In this document: in pieces, positions 25,283 through 32,000 of the stretch | How the letters are laid out: each line of letters begins with the position of its first letter | Position numbering within the stretch: the stretch's first letter is position 1 | NCBI RefSeq assembly: GCF_001465295.1 | Contig: NZ_CP011034.1 | Span: forward strand, 330,001 to 362,000 | Direction: 5' to 3' | Length of the DNA stretch: 32,000 nt | Source of the DNA: Pseudoalteromonas translucida KMM 520 | GTDB taxonomy: Bacteria > Pseudomonadota > Gammaproteobacteria > Enterobacterales > Alteromonadaceae | Translations under genes and position numbers: made by a program | Notes under the pieces: model-generated | Databases searched by the model: none | Told to the model about the DNA's origin: nothing | What the model saw: the letters and a program-made list of their open reading frames with translations, nothing else

Positions 25283-27865
25283 TTAAAAAGGGGAGTCTAA
25301 CATTTTTAAATTATATTGGCTGTTTAAGTACAGTAAATAATCGTCATACGCGAGTGGTTTGGCGTAAAGGTATCCTTGTGCGTGATCGGCGTTCATACCT
25401 TTAAGTAAGTCGTGAACCTCTTGCGTTTCTACTCCTTCAATAGTGATTGATAAACCTAGGTTATGCGCCATATCTATCGCTGTTTGCACAATAACCTGAT
25501 GAGTATGATTATTGGGTAAATCAAGCACGAACGATTTATCTATTTTTAATTCACTAAAGTGAAAGTTAACTAGATAACTAAGTGACGCGTAGCCTGTACC
25601 AAAGTCATCAAGTACCACTTTAACTCCCAAGGTGTTCAATTGCTCTACTAATTTAATGAGCGCCTCCTGGCTCTCTACAAAGGCTGATTCTGTCAGTTCA
25701 AATTTAAGTAGATGCGCAGGAACCTGGTACTTAATTAAAATATTTTCTACTTTTTCGGCTAAATTATTGATGGTTAAATTTTTAGCGCTTAAATTTACAC
25801 TAACAGTATGCCCAGGGTGCCCATTTTGGGTGAACCTAATAATATCTTGGCAAGCTTGCTCAATAATCCACAAAGTAAGCTCGTTAATAATACCTGTATG
25901 CTCAGCCAAAATTATTAATTTCTCAATTGAAATGCTTTTAAAGGCCGGATCGGGCCAACGCAATAGCGCCTCGGCGCCGTTTACTTTATTTGTACTAAAG
26001 TTAAGTTGCGCTTGATAATATAACGCCAGCTTATTGGTTTTAATTGCTTGTTGCAGCTTAGCTGCCAAAGTCACATCCATCACTTGTTGTTTATCATGCA
26101 CCGATGAGCTTACTTTATTAATGCTGTCTTTGGCATTTTTAAGTGCTAAATAGCCATGTTGTAACCAGTAGTCAAAGTCGTCATTTTCATTTAAGTAACT
26201 AAAACCAGTAGAGTAGTTAAGCTGTAAATTGAGGCCTTTTATTTCGTACTGTTTTGGTAATCCAGCAAGTACTTTGGTTAACCGCTCTTCAAGCATAACT
26301 TGGCTTTGGGTTTTGGTAGAAATAAAGGCAAACACACCGCTGCCCAAGTCGGAAAATTGTGTAATGGCGCTGAGGTCGTTATCAAGGTCGATAAACTCAC
26401 GCTCATAACTCAGTTGCAATGCCAACTTATCGGCGACATGCCTGATTAGCGTGTAGCCTTGTGCTGGGGTAATAATAGTATTGAGCGAGTTGAAGTGGCG
26501 TATTTTGACTAAACATAAAATAGCGCGACGCTGCTGCGTTTGTAGCATCATAAAGGCTTGCTTTAATTTGGCACTGTTGAGGAGTTTGGTTTGCTGTGTG
26601 TGGGTAGCATGATATAAAGCGCGCTCTCTTTGGTAGCGAACTCTATCGGCAAGTGCCATCGCCATCAGTACTATTTCACATAGTATAGCGACTAAAAAAG
26701 CATGGCGAGTGGTAAAACTGTAGGAAATTACGCCGGTTAACTCTAAAGGTTGAATAGCAGCACCAAGTATTAATGGCACCCAAGAGAGTACGTAATACTT
26801 TGCCCATCTAAAACCGCTACGCAATTTATTATAAATTAAGATAATACACACAATATACAGCGCGGCCATTATTACAAAAAAGATGGGTGCGGCTATATTT
26901 TCTGGTATAAATAAACTACTTACTGCAAGTATAAACATCAACGAAAGTAGTATTACACTTAATTTATAGCGCCAGCAGTTATCCTTATGGTAGCGTAAAA
27001 ATAGTGTACAAAAGGCCAGGGTGAAAAAAGCGATAGCGTAATTGGCAAACACAACTCTTTCATGAATAAACAATTGCCAAGGGGTTGGCCATAAATAAAA
27101 GCCAAACCCTAATACTGCTCCCATTAGCACTATGGCGCTAATAATATAGCCAATGTAAACTAAGTACACGCGGTCTTTAATACCAAAATAGAGTACTAAG
27201 TTATACAGCGCAGCCATTATTAATACTCCAACAAATATGCCCCAAATACCAGTTTGCGAGCGTACTAGGTCAACAAACTCTTTATTGCGGTATAAATTAA
27301 CCGGCGTTTTACTTATACCGCCAGTATCTATTTTAATGACTAAGTGCTGGGTTGCTTGCCCCTCTAAGGTAAAGCGAATATGGGGTACACTGTATTGAAA
27401 TAACGAGAGATCTTGCTCTTTGTCACCCAAGTTATATGTATGTAGTAACTGTTTTTTATCATTCAGTTGATAAATAGTTAGGTGATCAACCATAGGGTTG
27501 TCAAAGTGGGCAACAATGTCTTCACTTTTTAGGTTTTTATTTTTTAAATCAATAAGTAACCAATAATTTTGTGCAGTAAAACTCCATGGTATTTTAGAAA
27601 AAGGCTGAGCAATTATGCGCTCTGGTTGAGCCATTAGTTCGTCAAAGGTGAGTTGTTTACTGCTATCAATGTAATAAGCATAATTTAAATAGATAGGGGC
27701 AATTTTATCTATTGTGTAACGGGCAGGTGTTATCAGGTTTGATACCAAGGTATTAATTATAAAAAATATTAATATAAGTATTGCTGCGGCTAGCGCATGA
27801 TAACGTAACGTTTTAAATTCCAAATTATGCTGTGCTTTTTTTGATCCTTTCAAATAGTGTAGCAC
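25283..27865 (-). CDS. 7TMR-DISM-type membrane sensor with degenerate GGDEF and intact EAL domains (c-di-GMP phosphodiesterase)
   Basis: 860 aa. After an N-terminal TM helix comes a periplasmic domain of about 160 aa, then seven clustered TM helices. A GGDEF-like domain carries GSGVF in place of GGDEF. The EAL domain has EALLRW, ELTES, DDFGTGYASLSYL, KIDKSF, EGVE and QGY. The start codon (GTG 27865) is uncertain. Confidence 0.86.
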   Translation of the reverse strand: MLHYLKGSKKAQHNLEFKTLRYHALAAAILILIFFIINTLVSNLITPARYTIDKIAPIYLNYAYYIDSSKQLTFDELMAQPERIIAQPFSKIPWSFTAQNYWLLIDLKNKNLKSEDIVAHFDNPMVDHLTIYQLNDKKQLLHTYNLGDKEQDLSLFQYSVPHIRFTLEGQATQHLVIKIDTGGISKTPVNLYRNKEFVDLVRSQTGIWGIFVGVLIMAALYNLVLYFGIKDRVYLVYIGYIISAIVLMGAVLGFGFYLWPTPWQLFIHERVVFANYAIAFFTLAFCTLFLRYHKDNCWRYKLSVILLSLMFILAVSSLFIPENIAAPIFFVIMAALYIVCIILIYNKLRSGFRWAKYYVLSWVPLILGAAIQPLELTGVISYSFTTRHAFLVAILCEIVLMAMALADRVRYQRERALYHATHTQQTKLLNSAKLKQAFMMLQTQQRRAILCLVKIRHFNSLNTIITPAQGYTLIRHVADKLALQLSYEREFIDLDNDLSAITQFSDLGSGVFAFISTKTQSQVMLEERLTKVLAGLPKQYEIKGLNLQLNYSTGFSYLNENDDFDYWLQHGYLALKNAKDSINKVSSSVHDKQQVMDVTLAAKLQQAIKTNKLALYYQAQLNFSTNKVNGAEALLRWPDPAFKSISIEKLIILAEHTGIINELTLWIIEQACQDIIRFTQNGHPGHTVSVNLSAKNLTINNLAEKVENILIKYQVPAHLLKFELTESAFVESQEALIKLVEQLNTLGVKVVLDDFGTGYASLSYLVNFHFSELKIDKSFVLDLPNNHTHQVIVQTAIDMAHNLGLSITIEGVETQEVHDLLKGMNADHAQGYLYAKPLAYDDYLLYLNSQYNLKMLDSPF

Positions 27866-27893
27866 TAAAAAAGCGCAGACAAGCTGCGCTTTT
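27866..27893 (-). terminator. Intrinsic terminator after purD
   Basis: On the minus strand: AAAAGCGCAG / loop CTTGT / CTGCGCTTTTTT. Confidence 0.8.
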
Positions 27894-27934
27894 GATGTTT
27901 ACATTTAATAGTAATATTAACCAATAGGTTATAT

Positions 27935-29224
27935 TTAACTATTTTGCTCTCTCGCAATAGCACGGTATGCAATATCAGTACGATATTCCATGCCATCCCA
28001 GCTGAGTTGCTTTATTAGCTCGTAAGCGCGTTGCTGCGCTTCGGTTACGGTATAACCCAGTGCGGTGGCACATAATACACGCCCGCCTGCGGTTACTACG
28101 TCATTACCGTTTTGTTTAGTACCAGCATGAAATACTTTTTCGCCAGCAGGGTAGTCAACCTGTAAACCCGATATAACATCGCCTTTAGGGTAATCACTAG
28201 GATAGCCTTTAGCGGCCAGTACTACACCCACGGCTGCACGTGGATCAAACTCAATGGTGGTTTTATCTAGTTCAACACGATTAGCTGCTTCAATTAACTC
28301 GACTAAATCTGATTGCAAACGTAGCATCATAGGTTGAGTTTCAGGGTCGCCAAAACGACAGTTATACTCAATTACTTTTGGCGTGCCATCGGTATCTATC
28401 ATTAAGCCAGCGTATAAAAAGCCTGTGTACGGGTGCCCTTCGCTCGCCATGCCCTCTACCGTTGGGTAAATCACTTCGTTCATAATACGCTGATGAATTT
28501 CATCGGTAACCACTGGCGCAGGTGAATAAGCCCCCATACCGCCAGTGTTAGGGCCAGCATCGCCATTGTAAGCGCGTTTATGATCTTGGCTTGTGGCAAA
28601 CGGTAATACGTTTTTGCCATCTACCATCACAATGAAAGACGCTTCTTCACCTTCTAAAAACTCTTCGATAACTACGCGGCTACCAGCATCACCAAAAGCA
28701 TTACCCGCAAGCATGTCACGAATAGCATCTTCAGCCTCGGCTTCGGTCATGGCGACAATTACGCCTTTACCTGCGGCTAAACCATCTGCTTTGATTACAA
28801 TTGGTGCGCCTTTTTCTTTTAAATAAGCAAGGGCAGGGGCAACCTGTTCAAAGGTTTGGTAATCGCCACTAGGGATATTGTGACGCGCTAAAAAGTCTTT
28901 AGTAAACGACTTTGAGCCTTCAAGCTGAGCTGCGCCAGCTGTTGGGCCAAATATAGCTAGGCCGTGTTCACGAAACTTATCAACCACACCTAACACAAGC
29001 GGGATCTCTGGGCCTACAATAGTAAGCTCAACATTATTTTGTTGTGCAAACTGTAGTAAACCGTCTAAGTCGTCAACATTTATTGCAACGTTCTCAAGTT
29101 TTGACTCAAGTGCTGTGCCCGCATTACCTGGTGCTACAAATACGGTGTTTACTTTGGTGTTTTGAGCGGCTTTAAACGCAAGAGCGTGTTCGCGGCCGCC
29201 GCTGCCAATGACTAAAACATTCAT
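27935..29224 (-). CDS. purD: Phosphoribosylamine-glycine ligase
   Basis: 429 aa. It begins MNVLVIGSGGREHALA, has the ATP-grasp core, and ends YRTDIAYRAI. This is canonical PurD. Confidence 0.97.
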   Translation of the reverse strand: MNVLVIGSGGREHALAFKAAQNTKVNTVFVAPGNAGTALESKLENVAINVDDLDGLLQFAQQNNVELTIVGPEIPLVLGVVDKFREHGLAIFGPTAGAAQLEGSKSFTKDFLARHNIPSGDYQTFEQVAPALAYLKEKGAPIVIKADGLAAGKGVIVAMTEAEAEDAIRDMLAGNAFGDAGSRVVIEEFLEGEEASFIVMVDGKNVLPFATSQDHKRAYNGDAGPNTGGMGAYSPAPVVTDEIHQRIMNEVIYPTVEGMASEGHPYTGFLYAGLMIDTDGTPKVIEYNCRFGDPETQPMMLRLQSDLVELIEAANRVELDKTTIEFDPRAAVGVVLAAKGYPSDYPKGDVISGLQVDYPAGEKVFHAGTKQNGNDVVTAGGRVLCATALGYTVTEAQQRAYELIKQLSWDGMEYRTDIAYRAIAREQNS

Positions 29225-29240
29225 GGCGAAAAATTCCTAT

Positions 29241-30068
29241 TTAAAGCGGTTTTTTAAATTTCAGCGTCATGCGGTCACTTTCACCAATGGCTTTATATTT
29301 ATCGGCATCTTGCTCGCCTAAACGTAAGCTTGGTGGTAGCGTCCATACCCCTTTAGGGTGATCGGCTGTATCTTTTGGGTTAGCATTTATTTCACTACTA
29401 GCAACTAATTCAAACCCAGCTTGTTTAGCTATTTCAATTACGTAGCTTTGCTTCATGTAACCACTGCTTTTTTGATCGTCATCGGCGCGTGCTTCAGGCA
29501 ATCTATGCTCTACTACACCTAAGGTGCCACCTGGTTTGAGTGCGGTATAAAAAGATTTAAACGCACTAAGCGCGCCGTCTTTATTTTTACCCATATACCA
29601 GTTATGCACATTTCTAAAGGTAAGTACCATATCGGCACTATTTGCAGGGGCAAGTTCGGTGTGAGTAACAGGAGCAAACTCAGTTACTATTACCTTACTA
29701 AAGCGTGGGTCTTGCGTTACTTTTTGTTCAAACTCAGAGCGAGAACGCTGATAAAAGCCAGTCGCATTTTTTGGAAAATGCGCGGCGTAAAATTTGCCAT
29801 TATCTTTGAGTACAGGCGCTAAAATTTCGCTGTACCAACCACCACCGGGCGATATTTCTACCACGCTCATATTTGGCTTTAAGCCAAAAAATGCCAGCGT
29901 TTGTGCTGGGTGACGAAACTCGTCACGCTCACTGTTTTTAGTAGCGCGTTGCTCATCATTAAGTGCATTAGCAATTAATGAGTTTTCACTGTGGTTATGA
30001 GCCAAGCTTGCTGCAGAGCTAAGCGCAATAGTGGCGACAAGTATAGATTTTAAAGCAAATTTCATCAT
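29241..30068 (-). CDS. Class I SAM-dependent methyltransferase-fold protein with an N-terminal signal peptide
   Basis: A likely start at MMKFALK (30068, or 30065) gives the signal peptide KSILVATIALSSAASLA. Motif I is VVEISPGGGWY and the post-II motif is LKPGGTLGVVEH. The stop lies 16 nt upstream of the purD ATG. Confidence 0.82.
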   Translation of the reverse strand: MMKFALKSILVATIALSSAASLAHNHSENSLIANALNDEQRATKNSERDEFRHPAQTLAFFGLKPNMSVVEISPGGGWYSEILAPVLKDNGKFYAAHFPKNATGFYQRSRSEFEQKVTQDPRFSKVIVTEFAPVTHTELAPANSADMVLTFRNVHNWYMGKNKDGALSAFKSFYTALKPGGTLGVVEHRLPEARADDDQKSSGYMKQSYVIEIAKQAGFELVASSEINANPKDTADHPKGVWTLPPSLRLGEQDADKYKAIGESDRMTLKFKKPL

Positions 30069-30128
30069 TTTATTCTTCACTGTTAGTTTAATGAACAATC
30101 AGAATACGTTAATTGATTGCAAACAAAC

Positions 30129-30160
30129 AGAGCTAAACTCAAACTTCAGTGTTTAGCTCT
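30129..30160 (-). terminator. 10-bp hairpin between purH and the methyltransferase-fold gene (possible terminator or attenuator)
   Basis: AGAGCTAAAC (30129-30138) pairs with GTTTAGCTCT (30151-30160) across a 12-nt loop. On the minus strand it is followed by GTTTGTTTG. Confidence 0.45.
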
Positions 30161-30168
30161 ATAAGTGA

Positions 30169-31755
30169 TTAGTGGCGGAAGTGGCGCATACCAGTAAGTA
30201 CCATTGCCATTCCAGCTTCGTCTGCTGCGGCAATCACTTCTGCATCACGCATTGAGCCGCCTGGCTGAATAACTGCCGTTATGCCAGCGGCTGCGGCTGC
30301 GTCAATACCATCACGAAATGGGAAGAATGCATCCGATGCCATAACTGAACCTTTAACTTCAAGGTTTTCATCTGCTGCTTTAATACCGGCAATTTTAGCC
30401 GAGTAAACACGGCTCATTTGGCCTGCGCCAACACCGATTGTCATACCGTCACGGGCATATACAATGGCGTTAGATTTAACAAATTTAGCTACTTTCCAGC
30501 AAAATAATAAGTCTTTAAGCTCTTGCTCAGTAGGTTGACGCTTAGATACAACTTTTAAATCGCCTTGCGTTACCATGCCTAAGTCGCGGTCTTGCACTAA
30601 AATACCGCCATTAACGCGTTTAATGTCTTGACCTGCGGCTTTACCTGTCCACTGTCCACATACTAATAAACGTACGTTTTGTTTAGCCGAAACAATTTTT
30701 GCTGCCGCATCAGATACGCTAGGAGCAATAATTACTTCCACAAATTGACGTTCAACAATCGCTTCTGCGGTTGCTGCATCTAACTCTTGGTTAAAGGCAA
30801 TAATGCCACCAAATGCAGATGTAGGATCGGTTTTAAAAGCACGTTCGTATGCTTCAAGAATATTGCTACCGATAGACACGCCACATGGGTTTGCATGTTT
30901 TACGATTACACAGGCTGGTACGTCAAACTCTTTAACACATTCAAGCGCTGCATCAGTATCAGCAATGTTGTTGAAAGATAACGCTTTACCTTGCAGCTGA
31001 GTTGCTGTTGCTACTGAAGCTTCAACAATGTCGTTTTCAACATAAAAAGCGGCATCTTGATGCGAGTTTTCGCCGTAGCGCATATCTTGCTTTTTAGTGA
31101 ACTGCATATTAATAGTGCGTGGGAATTTAGTGTCTTCGGCGGCTTCCTCTGTGTAATCAGGAACCATTTTACCGAAGTAATTAGCAATCATGCCATCGTA
31201 CTGAGCGGTGTGCTCGTAGGCCGCTATAGCAAGGTCAAAACGGGTTTTATAGGTAGTAGAACCTTTGTTGCTTTGCATTTCGCTGATCACGCGGTCGTAG
31301 TCGCTGGCATTTACCACAATAGTAACGTCTTTATGGTTTTTAGCCGCTGCGCGAACCATAGTCGGGCCGCCAATATCTATGTTTTCAATAGCATCTTCAA
31401 GGCTGCAGTTTTCTTGAGCGACAGTATTCGCAAAGGGGTATAAGTTAACTACAACAATGTCGATAGCAGAAATGTTGTTATCTGCCATTACGCTTTCATC
31501 TTGTCCGCGACGCGCTAAAATGCCGCCGTGAATTTTTGGATGAAGTGTTTTTACACGGCCATCCATGATTTCTGGGTGACCTGTGTGATCTGATACTTCA
31601 GTGACTTTTATGCCGTTATCAGCAAGTAGTTTACAGGTACCGCCAGTTGACAAAATATCAACACCTTGCGCTTCTAATGCGCGGGCAAATTCAACTATAC
31701 CGGTTTTATCAGACACACTTAATAGTGCGCGACGAATGGGACGATGTGTATCCAT
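30169..31755 (-). CDS. purH: Bifunctional AICAR transformylase / IMP cyclohydrolase
   Basis: 528 aa. It begins [17 protein letters not shown] and ends GMRHFRH. GAGGAA RBS lies upstream. This is canonical PurH. Confidence 0.97.
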   Translation of the reverse strand: MDTHRPIRRALLSVSDKTGIVEFARALEAQGVDILSTGGTCKLLADNGIKVTEVSDHTGHPEIMDGRVKTLHPKIHGGILARRGQDESVMADNNISAIDIVVVNLYPFANTVAQENCSLEDAIENIDIGGPTMVRAAAKNHKDVTIVVNASDYDRVISEMQSNKGSTTYKTRFDLAIAAYEHTAQYDGMIANYFGKMVPDYTEEAAEDTKFPRTINMQFTKKQDMRYGENSHQDAAFYVENDIVEASVATATQLQGKALSFNNIADTDAALECVKEFDVPACVIVKHANPCGVSIGSNILEAYERAFKTDPTSAFGGIIAFNQELDAATAEAIVERQFVEVIIAPSVSDAAAKIVSAKQNVRLLVCGQWTGKAAGQDIKRVNGGILVQDRDLGMVTQGDLKVVSKRQPTEQELKDLLFCWKVAKFVKSNAIVYARDGMTIGVGAGQMSRVYSAKIAGIKAADENLEVKGSVMASDAFFPFRDGIDAAAAAGITAVIQPGGSMRDAEVIAAADEAGMAMVLTGMRHFRH

Positions 31756-32000
31756 TGTAGTTTGATTTCCTCAGTTTATGAGCTAGCTTAGAAGCGGGCA
31801 TTTTAACTGATAACAACTCAAAAAACGACTTATTAAGGGTGAGCATTTTGCAATTAGCACTTGTAGCAATAATGCAGCTCCTTATGGATTAACCAAGGTA
31901 AAACCTTATGTTATGCATTTTTTACTAGCATAATTGAGTGCGTAACCTAAATTTGGCTTAAAAGGCAACGCTAATCTACATGAATAATACTAACGCTTAG

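Noticed and set aside
31756-31900. PurR operator upstream of purH
   Set aside because: I looked for the ACGCAAACGTTTGCGT-type dyad. Only weak fragments (TTGCAAAATGC, GTCGTTTTTT) occur, without dyad symmetry.

Overview
This window looks like core chromosome from an AT-rich marine gammaproteobacterium. Gene order and protein sequences look Alteromonadales or Pseudoalteromonas-like, which I cannot verify without a search. On the plus strand, left to right, is the conserved queA-tgt-yajC-secD-secF block. A complete 1426-bp IS4-type insertion sequence follows, sitting exactly inside the secF terminator hairpin, and then an EAL-CBS-GGDEF c-di-GMP protein. Next come suhB (minus strand), a soluble LiaF-like protein divergent from an osmY-like BON gene, and an unlisted 52-aa Pmp3/YqaE-family small ORF. 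A lone tRNA-Ile2(CAU) follows with a stringent-type promoter. The centre holds an orphan tautomerase-family gene and a membrane-tethered CadC/ToxR-like regulator with a large TolB-like periplasmic propeller. That regulator is divergent from a 1006-aa TonB-dependent receptor. Then comes a tightly packed plus-strand run (creA, unknown, LysE exporter, gamma-glutamylcyclotransferase-like, class-C-like serine hydrolase), followed by an HDAC-like amidohydrolase. The right end, on the minus strand, carries purH, an exported methyltransferase-fold gene, purD, and a candidate three-gene unit: a 7TMR-DISM/degenerate-GGDEF/EAL sensor, a DUF2797-like Cys-rich protein and a 96-aa acidic protein. I found no rRNA, CRISPR array, prophage or recognisable defence system. 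The best candidates for undescribed biology are the wHTH-TolB-propeller regulator paired with the TonB-dependent receptor, which has phased 11-bp repeats in the shared intergenic region, and the 7TMR-EAL/DUF2797/96-aa unit. All family assignments rest on motif recognition by eye. No database search was run.
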